A DNA stretch of 64,000 nt, from positions 90,841 through 154,840 of the IMG/VR virus record IMGVR_UViG_3300032268_000759; one strand, written 5' to 3'. A program made the translations under genes and the position numbers. Within the stretch, counting starts at the first letter, position 1, and each line of letters opens with the position of its first letter. The stretch comes from an uncultured virus (IMG/VR IMGVR_UViG_3300032268_000759). Its lineage: Duplodnaviria; Heunggongvirae; Uroviricota; Caudoviricetes. Shown one piece after another: positions 16,754-27,118 of this stretch. Under the pieces are notes generated by a model. That model saw only the letters and a list, made by a program, of their open reading frames with translations. It was not told where the DNA came from and ran no database searches.

Positions 16754-19606
16754 ATGAATATAATAGGAGAAGGTTTTCATGAAAATATAATAACAGAGAT
16801 TGATAGGAGACATAGAATCCATGGTTATAGAGCTAATCAAGGTATTAACTTTAATGAGTTTAGTGGTACTGTACCTAAAGTACTAGATTACTTAAATTCT
16901 AGAACAGGTTGGGTGAAAATGATATCATCAGTTGATATCAAAGATATCAATAACATTAACTCTCCAGGCATTAAAGATCTAAGATTAGGTGGACCTGAAT
17001 TAGCTAAAAAATTTATACTATTTAATGGTACAGGTGAATTAGGAAATTATAACTCTAGAGGAGGAGTAATGAATAAAGATTATGATACTGTTAATAATAA
17101 ATCTGTTAATAATATATTAGCTCCAGGAAAAGCATATGGTATAGGAGATACAAAGTACTTTGGTCAATCACCTATGATGGGTATAACCTCAGTAAATGTT
17201 AAAACTGAAACTAGAGGTAGTTTAAAAACATCCACAATAGGAATTAAAGCTTGGAATAAGGTTCAATTTGATATTATTGACAATTTATATTTAAGATTAG
17301 GATATAATGTTTTATTAGAATGGGGTTATTCTCATTATTTTAAAGACAACAATTTAACTCAATTAGAATCTAATGATATTACACTTGAAACAGAATATTT
17401 TAGTGGAAAAAATTACTATAATTTATTAAATTTAGTTCAAGAAAAACGAATTAAATCATATGGTAATTATGATGCATTATTAGGTAGAGTAGTTAATTTT
17501 AACTGGTCATTTAATACTGATGGTAGTTATGATATTGTTGTAATATTAAGAAGTCAAGGAGATGTTATTGAATCTTTAAAAGCAAATGCATTATTAACTC
17601 CTAAACCAACATTTAATGAGTTTTTAGCAAATAATGGTGTGAACCCAAACACCATTATAGGAAATACACCCACAGATAAAATATTAAACAATAAACCAAC
17701 TCAAGATATAGAAACCATAGATCAATCTACTGAATTAGGTAAATTATATGTTAAATGTAAAACAATTTTAGAAGCATCTAATAATCCATCTAAAGCAGGA
17801 TGTAAAGTTGATGTTTATAATTTAGGTGATAAGGATATAATGCGACAAGAGTTTAAAGATCTTGGTAAACCTTTATATTACATTCGTTTAGGTTCATTAT
17901 TTAAATGGATAGAAGAAGACTTAGTTCCCAAACTAAAATTAGATGTTGACTACTCTCCTATTATTAAATTTGATTATAATACAGAAAATAATTTAATATA
18001 CACACTATCATCAGATTATTCTTGGAGTTCAGACCCAACAACATGTTTAGTTAAAGGTAATGTAGTTTTAAATGAAAAATATTACACTATAGCTAATGAA
18101 GCAGCTGATTTCAGAAAAGAAATAGCTGGCTCACAAGCTGGTCAAATAATGAATATTTATTTAAATTTTGATTCTTTATTAAGTATATTTAATAGTAAAA
18201 ATAGTGAAGGTAAAGTTACCTTAATTAAATTTTTACAAATGATATGTACTTCTATAAATTCATCTTTAGGTAATATTAATTCATTAGAACCTGCTGTAGA
18301 TGAAACTAGTAATAAAATTATTATAATAGATCAAAATACTATTCCAAATAGAGATGGTATTATCAAATTAGTATCACCCCAATCTAATACATCATTAGCA
18401 ACATTTGAATTATTTGGGTATAATTTTAGTAATACAGGCTCAGTAAAAGGTAATTTTGTTCAAGATTTTTCATTAAAAACTAGTGTTACTCCACAGTTAG
18501 CAAGTATGATTACTATTGGAGCTACATCTCAAGGATTTGTTGTAGGAGAAGATGCTACAGCTTTATCAAGAATAAATAAAGGTTTAGAAGATAGGATTTC
18601 ACCATATAAAGTAGAAGCAAATTACTCTTTTTTTAATACAACTCAATCATTAGAAACAACATATGCTAGATTTACTTCTCAAGCTAATGAATTAGCTAAT
18701 TATATATCAATGTCATTTTCAATTGATAACAAAATACCTACTTTATCTAAAGTCTTAATAGAAGATATTAAAAATACATTACGTAATACTATTGAATTAG
18801 GAGAAGCATATTTTTCTATATCTCAATCTATAAGTAATAACATTTACAACTCTTCTAATACTAATGGTTTTTTACCATTTAATTTATCTTTAACTATTGA
18901 TGGATTATCTGGAATAAAAGTATATCAAAAGTTTACAGTAAATAATGATTACTTACCAACTAATTATCCACAATCATTAGAATTTATTGTTACATCTATT
19001 AATAATACTATTCAAGATAATAAATGGACAACTCAAATTGAATCTTTAGCTTTACCTAAAGTTACTTCACAGGCTCAATTAAATAGAGGAACATTACCTA
19101 AATTAAATATAATTAGCTCTCTACAAACATCAAGTTCTACAGATACTACTAATAATTTATTTACTTTAAATACTGATACTTTTAATAGATCTTCTTCAAT
19201 TCAAGAGACTATAAGCTTTTTTAAAGGTAAAGGTCTTACTGCTCCACAAACAGCTGGAATTATTGGTAACTTATTACAAGAATCAGGATTAACTCTTAAT
19301 AAAAAACAAGATAATGGAGGCCCAGCATATGGTATAGCTCAGTGGGAACCACCAAGAAGAACTGAATTAGAAAAAACTCCTGGATATAATTTAGTTTTGA
19401 TATCTCAATTAGAATTTATTTGGAAAGAATTCAATTCAACAGAAAGAAAAGCTTTAACTAAATTAAAAGAAACCACTACAGCAGCAGATGCAGCTGATAA
19501 ATTTGAAAAATACTTTGAACGTAGTGGCAAACCTCAATCTAAAAACAGAATAGGTTATGCTAATGATATATTAAATAAAATAAACTTAGGCAAATATACT
19601 TGGTAA
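16754..19606 (+). CDS. baseplate hub protein with C-terminal phage tail lysozyme domain
   Basis: 950 aa; C-terminal AGIIGNLLQESGL...AYGIAQW...QLEFIWKE...FEKYFER. Confidence 0.75.
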   Translation: MNIIGEGFHENIITEIDRRHRIHGYRANQGINFNEFSGTVPKVLDYLNSRTGWVKMISSVDIKDINNINSPGIKDLRLGGPELAKKFILFNGTGELGNYNSRGGVMNKDYDTVNNKSVNNILAPGKAYGIGDTKYFGQSPMMGITSVNVKTETRGSLKTSTIGIKAWNKVQFDIIDNLYLRLGYNVLLEWGYSHYFKDNNLTQLESNDITLETEYFSGKNYYNLLNLVQEKRIKSYGNYDALLGRVVNFNWSFNTDGSYDIVVILRSQGDVIESLKANALLTPKPTFNEFLANNGVNPNTIIGNTPTDKILNNKPTQDIETIDQSTELGKLYVKCKTILEASNNPSKAGCKVDVYNLGDKDIMRQEFKDLGKPLYYIRLGSLFKWIEEDLVPKLKLDVDYSPIIKFDYNTENNLIYTLSSDYSWSSDPTTCLVKGNVVLNEKYYTIANEAADFRKEIAGSQAGQIMNIYLNFDSLLSIFNSKNSEGKVTLIKFLQMICTSINSSLGNINSLEPAVDETSNKIIIIDQNTIPNRDGIIKLVSPQSNTSLATFELFGYNFSNTGSVKGNFVQDFSLKTSVTPQLASMITIGATSQGFVVGEDATALSRINKGLEDRISPYKVEANYSFFNTTQSLETTYARFTSQANELANYISMSFSIDNKIPTLSKVLIEDIKNTLRNTIELGEAYFSISQSISNNIYNSSNTNGFLPFNLSLTIDGLSGIKVYQKFTVNNDYLPTNYPQSLEFIVTSINNTIQDNKWTTQIESLALPKVTSQAQLNRGTLPKLNIISSLQTSSSTDTTNNLFTLNTDTFNRSSSIQETISFFKGKGLTAPQTAGIIGNLLQESGLTLNKKQDNGGPAYGIAQWEPPRRTELEKTPGYNLVLISQLEFIWKEFNSTERKALTKLKETTTAADAADKFEKYFERSGKPQSKNRIGYANDILNKINLGKYTW

Positions 19607-19608
19607 AT

Positions 19609-20208
19609 ATGTATTATCCAAAATCTCAAATAGTAACAAATAAATATACTAATGGACAAGAATTTGTATTAATTAGTAATAATCAAGAATATATTGGTTA
19701 TTATTGGGAGACATCTGATAGTAAATTTTACACAGGCAAAACTCCTAATGATATTAATGTTGTTGAACTAAAAAAATTCACCACAACTGATCCATTATTA
19801 TTATCTAATCAAAATGTTGTTTCTTATAATAATATATTATCTAATGACACATATAATATTCTTAAACAAGTAGATAACAAAAAAGTATTACTCACACCAA
19901 TCTACTATCAATCACAACCCACCCAACAAGACTATCAAATAGGTGAATTTAGGAGATATTTTGTCAAAAAAATAAATGAAATACTTTATATTGAAGTTAG
20001 TAAAGATACATTTGAAAATATAATAAATAGAAACCCACAATGGTTATATCAATATTACACAGCATTTAATATACCTTGGACAATCTCAGGAGATGAATCT
20101 ACTATTGCTCAAACAAATAAACGTATTGTTGGTATAACTATGCAACGTCTTGATTTACCTAAATTTAATTTATATTTACGAGATGATTATACAAAATTTT
20201 ATAAGTAG
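19609..20208 (+). CDS. hypothetical baseplate-region protein
   Basis: Start re-called at ATG 19609 (MYYPKSQI); PTQQDYQIGEFRRYF motif. Confidence 0.65.
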   Translation: MYYPKSQIVTNKYTNGQEFVLISNNQEYIGYYWETSDSKFYTGKTPNDINVVELKKFTTTDPLLLSNQNVVSYNNILSNDTYNILKQVDNKKVLLTPIYYQSQPTQQDYQIGEFRRYFVKKINEILYIEVSKDTFENIINRNPQWLYQYYTAFNIPWTISGDESTIAQTNKRIVGITMQRLDLPKFNLYLRDDYTKFYK

Positions 20209-20218
20209 ATTTCTTTAA

Positions 20219-20250
20219 CTTGGTTTTACATCTTACTATTGTTATTTTTA
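20219..20250 (+). promoter_or_regulatory. Bacteroidetes-like promoter CTTG-N20-TATTTTTA
   Basis: Fixed-spacing motif at the start of the replication module. Confidence 0.6.
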
Positions 20251-20274
20251 TAGCATAATAAAGGTTATAAGAAA

Positions 20275-21537
20275 ATGTTTTGGCTAATAGAAAATAATAC
20301 ACAACTTAAAGAGTTTTACAATAAAGGATACAAAGAAGTATTTATTGAACCAATTCAACTTCATGATTATATTCATCCTAAATTAACTGATATATCACTA
20401 TTATATATTAGACCAACAAAAGGAAGAAAAGGATTCATTATAAGTATTAATCATAGTGAAGCAACATCTGTTAAGAAATCAACAGTATACAATATGTTAA
20501 AAACATTTGATACAGTATACATTCGCAATCAAAAAACATGTTTATACCACTTTCAATTAACTAATCTTGTTGATATTTCATTTAATACACCATTATTACC
20601 TGAAGTAACAACATCAGCCCATACATTTTTATATACAAATAACTCTAATAAGTTAGATATAAATAAAATTATACCAATAGTTAAACATTATGAAAAATAT
20701 GAAAGCATTTATAAACAAGTTAAAGATTACTGTGAAGAGAAAAATAAGTTCTATAGCAAAATATCTAAAGTATTTTACCTCCTTGAAAACTCAGGAATTA
20801 ATATTAATGAGCAAGTTTTTAACAAATACTTTGATCTTAACCATCCAGAATACAATATTTATAATTCCCGAATATATACCAATTATAATCTCCATACTAC
20901 AACGGGACGCCCCTCTAACACTTTTAACACTATTAATTTTGCTGCCTTAGTCAAAGATAATGGGTGCCGCAAGACATTTATACCAAAAAATCATACATTA
21001 ATAGAAATTGATATTAGTGCTTACCATCCTACATTAGCAGCACAGTTAATTAATCACCAATCAGATGACATATATTCTGAATTTGCTGAAGTAGCACAAG
21101 TAGAGTTAGCTCAAGCAAAAGAATTAATGTTCCGACAATTATATGGAGGAATAATGGATGAGTACAAAGAATGGGTGTATTTTAAAAAGATACAATCATA
21201 TATAGATAAGTTGTGGAATCAGTGGAAAACCAATGGTTATATTGAATGTCCCATATCAAACCACATGTTCCATAAAGACCGATTAGATAACATTAACCCA
21301 AATAAATTATTCAATTATGTGCTCCAAAATATGGAAACATCTAATAATGTTAACATATTGCGAGATATATTAAAAATATTACGAGATAAAAATACAAAAT
21401 TGATATTATATACTTATGACGCGTTTTTATTTGATGTAGATAATAATGAAATAGGTGTGATAGATGAAATAAAAACAATATTTACCAAATATAAATTAAA
21501 AACTAAAAATAAAACCGGAATAAGTTATGACTTTTAA
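20275..21537 (+). CDS. short, divergent family-A DNA polymerase homologue
   Basis: TTTGRPSN, motif A IEIDISAYHP, motif B AKELMFRQLYG, NYVLQNMETS, motif C LYTYDAFLFD; degenerate exonuclease region. Confidence 0.75.
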   Translation: MFWLIENNTQLKEFYNKGYKEVFIEPIQLHDYIHPKLTDISLLYIRPTKGRKGFIISINHSEATSVKKSTVYNMLKTFDTVYIRNQKTCLYHFQLTNLVDISFNTPLLPEVTTSAHTFLYTNNSNKLDINKIIPIVKHYEKYESIYKQVKDYCEEKNKFYSKISKVFYLLENSGININEQVFNKYFDLNHPEYNIYNSRIYTNYNLHTTTGRPSNTFNTINFAALVKDNGCRKTFIPKNHTLIEIDISAYHPTLAAQLINHQSDDIYSEFAEVAQVELAQAKELMFRQLYGGIMDEYKEWVYFKKIQSYIDKLWNQWKTNGYIECPISNHMFHKDRLDNINPNKLFNYVLQNMETSNNVNILRDILKILRDKNTKLILYTYDAFLFDVDNNEIGVIDEIKTIFTKYKLKTKNKTGISYDF

Positions 21538-21979
21538 TGATACTTTTAATACGTATATGATGGACTATGATACAAGTCCTTTTGATGGTATGCTAAACAA
21601 TAAGTTATTTTGCACATTTACTCAACTAGAAAATCTAGACAGTTTGATAGACAATCTAAATAATACATATTCAATTATGTATAATAAGATATTTGTCTTA
21701 TATGTTAAGAATAATGATGAGTATGTTTGTACATATAATGTAGACCAAGGAAATGTAAATGCCATCCCAGATAATACTATATTAGTCCATCGCAAAAAAG
21801 AATTTAATGTTTTATACACTATTAACTCATTAAATGAATTAATAAAATCACTTAATGGAGGAGTAGTTGATCCAGACTATCGCATTAACTGGCAACATTA
21901 TCAAAATACAATATTACTAACTCAACAAGGAGAACTAAAGCAACTAAAAACAAAAATCCACAAAATAGTAAATCTATAG
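21527..21979 (+). CDS. hypothetical protein coupled to the PolA-like gene
   Basis: Overlaps the PolA-like stop; NKLFCTF...NTILVHRKKE..LYTINSLN. Confidence 0.7.
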   Translation: MTFNDTFNTYMMDYDTSPFDGMLNNKLFCTFTQLENLDSLIDNLNNTYSIMYNKIFVLYVKNNDEYVCTYNVDQGNVNAIPDNTILVHRKKEFNVLYTINSLNELIKSLNGGVVDPDYRINWQHYQNTILLTQQGELKQLKTKIHKIVNL

Positions 21980-22011
21980 TTTGGCATTTGCGCCCTCTTT
22001 ATATAAATTTA
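21980..22011 (+). promoter_or_regulatory. Bacteroidetes-like promoter TTTG-N20-TAAATTTA
   Basis: Fixed-spacing motif upstream of SSB. Confidence 0.6.
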
Positions 22012-22052
22012 TAAAGACATAAACTAATTAATTATAAAACTAAGTTAAATAT

Positions 22053-22892
22053 ATGGATATAAATGCAATCAAAGCCCGTCTAGGTGCTTTACAACAATCA
22101 GGTAACTCTGGTAAAAGAGAAAAGATAGACTACACTAAAGTCTACTGGAAACCAAAACAAGAAGGTAAGTATCAAATTAGATTTGTTCCTTCTAAACTCG
22201 ATCCTCGCAACCCATTTAGAGAGATCTTTGTACATTATGGTTTTTCAAAATTCCCCATCTTCTCATTAACTAATTGGGGTGAAAAAGATCCAATCGTTGA
22301 ATTTGCAAAACAACTTCGTAAAACTGATGACAAAGAAAATTGGTCATTAGCTAAAAAACTTGATCCGAAATTGAGAGTTTACGCTCCAGTTATTGTTCGT
22401 GGTGAAGAAGACAAAGGAGTTCGTTTATGGGAGTTTGGCAAGGAAATCTATTTACAATTATTAGGTATTGCTGAAGATGAAGATTATGGTGATTACACAG
22501 ACATTAATGATGGTCGTGATTTCACTGTAGAAGCAGTTATGGGAGACATTGGTGGTCGTAGAGGTTTAAAATCATCAATTCGTGTTAAACCAAAAACTAC
22601 ACCATTAAGTACTAATAAAGCTGAAATTGAACGTTTATTAAGCGAACAACCAGATGTATTAGAAATCCAACGTAAAATGGAATTTGAAGCTATGAAAGAA
22701 GTATTACAAAACTGGTTAACACCTCCAACAGAGGAAGAATCACCAGAAGTAATCACAGCTGAAGATGAAGATGACTCAGACATGCCTTGGGAAAAGGAAG
22801 AAAAACCAAAAACACACACAACTAAGCCAATAACTAAACCTGCAAGTAAAGCAGATGCGTTTGATGCTGTGTTTAATGATGATGAGGAATAA
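22053..22892 (+). CDS. single-stranded DNA-binding protein (T4 gp32-like)
   Basis: YWKP...IRFVP, GVRLWEFGK, D.TD..DGRDF, very acidic C-terminal tail. Confidence 0.8.
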   Translation: MDINAIKARLGALQQSGNSGKREKIDYTKVYWKPKQEGKYQIRFVPSKLDPRNPFREIFVHYGFSKFPIFSLTNWGEKDPIVEFAKQLRKTDDKENWSLAKKLDPKLRVYAPVIVRGEEDKGVRLWEFGKEIYLQLLGIAEDEDYGDYTDINDGRDFTVEAVMGDIGGRRGLKSSIRVKPKTTPLSTNKAEIERLLSEQPDVLEIQRKMEFEAMKEVLQNWLTPPTEEESPEVITAEDEDDSDMPWEKEEKPKTHTTKPITKPASKADAFDAVFNDDEE

Positions 22893-22898
22893 TATCTT

Positions 22899-23981
22899 AT
22901 GGCCAAGAAAAAAACATCGTTAACAGAAGCTGTTTCTGGTGAACTTAAAGCTAATTTCAATTTAGATAAGTTTAAAGAGAAGAAGTTGTTAAACAACACT
23001 GTAAAGTTTAAAGAACAAAGATGGATTCCATTTTCAGAAGCATTACAGGATTCAGTCTCTATCCAAGGCGCTCCTATGGGCCATATCACCTTATTAAGAG
23101 GTCATAGTAATACCGGTAAAACAACAGCTATGTTAGAATTAGCTATTAGCGCTCAGAAAATGGGCATTTTACCGGTATTTATTATTACCGAAATGAAATG
23201 GTCATGGGAACATGCTAAACAAATGGGATTTGTACTTGAAGATGTAGTAGATGAATCAACAGGTGAAGTTGTCAATCATAAAGGATTTTTCTTATATGCT
23301 GATAGATCACAGTTAGGCACTATTGAAGATGTAGCAGGTTTTATAGCTGATTTATTAGATGAACAACGTAAAGGTAATTTACCATATGATTTATGTTTCT
23401 TCTGGGATTCAATCGGTTCTATACCTTGTAAAATGAGTGTTGAAGCAAATAAAAATAATCCAATGTGGAATGCAGGTGCAATGTCACAACAGTTTGGTAA
23501 TTTTATTAATCAACGTTTTCCATTATCAAGAAAAGAAAATTCACCATATACTAATTCAATGGTAGCGATTAATAAAATCTGGGTAGCACCAGCTGAAAAT
23601 GTTATGAGCCAACCTAAGATGAAGATGAAAAATGGTGAAACTATGTTCTTAGATGCTTCAATTGTAATAACATTTGGTAATATCACTAATAGTGGTACAA
23701 GTAAAATGAAAGCCCAAAAAGATGGTAAAGAAGTAGAATTTGCAGTTAGAACAAAAGTAGCAGTTGATAAAAATCATGTTACTGGTTTACAAACAAAGAG
23801 TGTAGTAATAGCTACAATTCATGGTTTTATTCAAGAAGAGGATATTAACAACTATAAAAAACATCATTCACATGAGTGGATTGGTATTTTAGGTGCTGGA
23901 GCAAGTGAAGCGAATTTAGTTGAAGATACGTCAGAATGGAATGAAAGTAAAGATCACCCAATTTTAATAGAAGAAGAATAA
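22899..23981 (+). CDS. RecA/UvsX-like recombinase
   Basis: Walker A GHSNTGKT, Walker B FFWDSIG, late KNH motif. Confidence 0.8.
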   Translation: MAKKKTSLTEAVSGELKANFNLDKFKEKKLLNNTVKFKEQRWIPFSEALQDSVSIQGAPMGHITLLRGHSNTGKTTAMLELAISAQKMGILPVFIITEMKWSWEHAKQMGFVLEDVVDESTGEVVNHKGFFLYADRSQLGTIEDVAGFIADLLDEQRKGNLPYDLCFFWDSIGSIPCKMSVEANKNNPMWNAGAMSQQFGNFINQRFPLSRKENSPYTNSMVAINKIWVAPAENVMSQPKMKMKNGETMFLDASIVITFGNITNSGTSKMKAQKDGKEVEFAVRTKVAVDKNHVTGLQTKSVVIATIHGFIQEEDINNYKKHHSHEWIGILGAGASEANLVEDTSEWNESKDHPILIEEE

Positions 23982-23986
23982 AAGTT

Positions 23987-25045
23987 ATGAATAGAGATTT
24001 ATTAAAGATCCTAGATGGTATATCTAAGGATGATGACACCCGCGTCCCAGAAAAAGTAGATCCTATTTTAAAAAAATATGATAGAATATTAATTATAGAT
24101 GGTTTAAATCTATTTTTAAGAAACTTTGCAGTAATGAATGTTGTTAATGAACAAGGAGTTCATATCGGAGGCTTGGGAGGAACTCTTAGATCACTAGGAT
24201 ATTTAATAAATACTATTAAACCAACATCAGCCTATATCGTCTTTGACGGTATGGGCTCTTCTACTAACCGTAAAAATCTTTTACCTGAATATAAATCAAA
24301 TCGCAATACAGGTAAAATTATGAATTGGGAAGCATTTGATGATATTGATGATGAGGATGATGCTAAAGTAAATCAAATTAGCCGCTTAATCCACTATCTA
24401 AAATGTTTACCTGTCAAAACCATATCTATGGACAAAGTTGAAGCAGATGATATTATAGCGCATTTAAGTGATCAGTTATCAACTAAGCAAAATTCAAAAG
24501 TATATATTGTTTCATCAGATAAAGATTTCTTACAAAAAGTAAATCATAATATAACTGTATTTAGACCAATAGAGAAAGAGTTTTTAACACCAGAGAAGGT
24601 TAAGGCTAAATTTGAAATCCCACCTGAGAATTTTATATTATATAAGACACTATTAGGAGATAGTTCAGATAAGATACCTGGTATTAAGGGATTAGGCCCA
24701 GGTAAGTTATTTAAATTATTTCCTGAATTAAAAACACGAATATTAACATTAGATGATATATTTGATATTTGTGAAGAAAAGCATAAAGAACATATTATAT
24801 ATTCAAGAATATTATTTGAAACAGAATCTGTTCTAACAAACTATAAATTGATGGACTTATCTAAACCTATGATTGATGATAAAGAAAAACAATTAATAGA
24901 AGATTTAATTACTGCATCAACTTCAAAACTACAAGTAGACGCATTCATGAGATTATACAATGAAGATGGTTTAAAACATTTAATTAAAGACACATTGTTT
25001 TGGTTAAGAGACACATTCAAAGTATTAAATAGTTTTAATAAATAA
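23987..25045 (+). CDS. 5'-3' exonuclease / RNase H (PolI N-terminal-like)
   Basis: IIDGLNLF, VFDG, EYKSNR, EADDII, SSDKDFLQ, GDSSDKIPGIKGLG. Confidence 0.9.
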   Translation: MNRDLLKILDGISKDDDTRVPEKVDPILKKYDRILIIDGLNLFLRNFAVMNVVNEQGVHIGGLGGTLRSLGYLINTIKPTSAYIVFDGMGSSTNRKNLLPEYKSNRNTGKIMNWEAFDDIDDEDDAKVNQISRLIHYLKCLPVKTISMDKVEADDIIAHLSDQLSTKQNSKVYIVSSDKDFLQKVNHNITVFRPIEKEFLTPEKVKAKFEIPPENFILYKTLLGDSSDKIPGIKGLGPGKLFKLFPELKTRILTLDDIFDICEEKHKEHIIYSRILFETESVLTNYKLMDLSKPMIDDKEKQLIEDLITASTSKLQVDAFMRLYNEDGLKHLIKDTLFWLRDTFKVLNSFNK

Positions 25046-25087
25046 TATGACCCTTAATACCTTGACTAATATTTATATTAAAAAGAC

Positions 25088-25744
25088 ATGGTAGTTTATA
25101 TAACAACAAACTTAATTAATAATAAAAAATATATAGGTAAAGACATTAATAATAATCCTAATTATCTAGGTAGTGGAGCCTATATAAAAAAAGCTATTAA
25201 AAAATATGGTAAAGAAAATTTTAAAAAAGAAATTCTAGAATATTGCTCTTCAAAAGATGAGTTATGGCAAAAAGAAGAGTGGTGGTTAAATTTCTATGAT
25301 GTAGAGAGTAATTCTTTATTTTATAATAAAACAAATAAAGCTTTTGGAAACTCAGGTCAAACTATAGAAGGTAAAGAAAAAATAAGTAAAGCTAGAAAAG
25401 GATGGAAACCAACTGATGAAATGAAGAAAAAAATGTCAGAAGGAAAAAAAGGACATAAAATGTACACTGATGAGTGGAGAACTAAAATAAGTAATTCACT
25501 TAAAGGAAAACATAAATCTGAAGAATTTAAAAAACATCAAAGTGAAATTACAAAAGGTAATACAAATAGAAGAAAAATGGTTTTACAATATGATAAACAA
25601 GGTGATTTTATTAAAGAGTGGGAAAGTGCATTTAAAGCAGCGTTATCCTTAAATAAAAAAACAGGAGCAGCTATTACAGAAGTATGTAATGGTAAAGGTA
25701 AAAGAAAAAGTATTTATGGATATATCTGGAAATACAAGAATTAA
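25088..25744 (+). mobile_element. free-standing GIY-YIG (Seg-like) homing endonuclease
   Basis: VYITTNLINNKKYIGK, YLGSG, KYGKENFKKEILE, NUMOD3-like repeats; AATATTTATA at 25068. Confidence 0.85.
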
Positions 25745-25772
25745 TTATTAACAATTTAAATAAATAAAAGTT

Positions 25773-27113
25773 TTGACATTAAATAACATTTCCCAATATG
25801 GTATTGGATTCCAGATAAAAGTATTATCTGCTTTATTAACAGATAAAAAGTTTCTATTAGATATCAATGATGTTTTAAGTGATGATTATTTTGATAACTC
25901 AGCACATAAATGGATTGTAAATGAAACTTTAAAATATTTTACAAAATATCATACAACACCTACATTAGAAGTATTAAAAACAGAATTAAAGAAAATAGAT
26001 AATGAGGTATTACAAGTATCTGTTAAAGAACAATTACGTGAAGCATACCAATCAGCAGATGATGATTTAGAATATATTGAAACTGAATTTAGTAGTTTTT
26101 GTAAAAATCAACAGTTAAAAAAAGCATTATTAAGTAGTGTTGATTTATTAAAAGCAGGAGATTATGATTCAATCAGAGGAATGATTGATAACGCATTAAA
26201 AGCAGGTCAAGATAAAGCTTTAGGTCATGAATATAATAAGGATGTTGAGTCTAGATATAGAGAAAATCACCGTTTAGTTGTACCCACACCATGGCCTATT
26301 TTAAATGAATCATTACAAGGTGGATTAGGTGGAGGTGATTTTGGATTAATATTTGGTAACCCAGGAGGAGGTAAATCATGGGCATTAGTAGCATTAGGTG
26401 GTACAGCTGTTAAATTAGGATATAATGTAGTTCATTACACTTTAGAGTTAGGAGAAGATTATGTGGGTAGAAGATATGATGCGTTCTTTACCAATATATC
26501 AGTTAGTGATATAGGTAATCATAAAACACAGATTGAACAAATGACATCTGAATTACCAGGTAATTTAATCATAAGAGAATATTCACCAGGTCAAGCCACA
26601 ATATCTACTATAGAATCACATATCCAAAAATGTGTTAGCTCAGGATTTAAACCAGATTTAATTATTATTGATTATGTTGACTTACTTTCATCAAAAAGAA
26701 GGACTATAGATAAAAAACAAGAAATAGATGATATTTATATTAGCACCAAGGGACTTGCTAAACAACTTAATTTACCAGTATGGTCAGTTTCACAAGTAAA
26801 TCGTTCTGGTGCAAAGGATAATGTTATTGAAGGTGATAAAGCGGCCGGAAGCTATGATAAAATGATGGTGACCGATTTCGCTTTATCTTTATCTAGAAAA
26901 AAAGAAGATAAAGTAAATAACACAGGAAGATTCCATGTTATGAAAAATAGATATGGAGCAGATGGTATGACATATTTGGCCTCAGTAGATACATCTACAG
27001 GTCATATAGAAATCCAATCAGAATATGATGATGATGCTCCAACAAATAAAATAAGTGATGAAGAATTGGATAAAAAAGCATTAGCTAAAAAGTTTTATGA
27101 ATTTAATTTATAA
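25773..27113 (+). CDS. replicative DNA helicase (DnaB / T4 gp41-like)
   Basis: Walker A GNPGGGKS, YTLEL, IIIDYVDLL, SQVNR, KNRYG; TTG start. Confidence 0.9.
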   Translation: MTLNNISQYGIGFQIKVLSALLTDKKFLLDINDVLSDDYFDNSAHKWIVNETLKYFTKYHTTPTLEVLKTELKKIDNEVLQVSVKEQLREAYQSADDDLEYIETEFSSFCKNQQLKKALLSSVDLLKAGDYDSIRGMIDNALKAGQDKALGHEYNKDVESRYRENHRLVVPTPWPILNESLQGGLGGGDFGLIFGNPGGGKSWALVALGGTAVKLGYNVVHYTLELGEDYVGRRYDAFFTNISVSDIGNHKTQIEQMTSELPGNLIIREYSPGQATISTIESHIQKCVSSGFKPDLIIIDYVDLLSSKRRTIDKKQEIDDIYISTKGLAKQLNLPVWSVSQVNRSGAKDNVIEGDKAAGSYDKMMVTDFALSLSRKKEDKVNNTGRFHVMKNRYGADGMTYLASVDTSTGHIEIQSEYDDDAPTNKISDEELDKKALAKKFYEFNL

Positions 27114-27118
27114 TAAAC

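Noticed and set aside
5662-25744. Group I introns hosting the GIY-YIG genes; inteins in PolB, NrdA, DnaB or RecA
   Set aside because: Flanking genes are complete with very short spacers, leaving no room for an intron core; the enzymes are normal length with no intein termini
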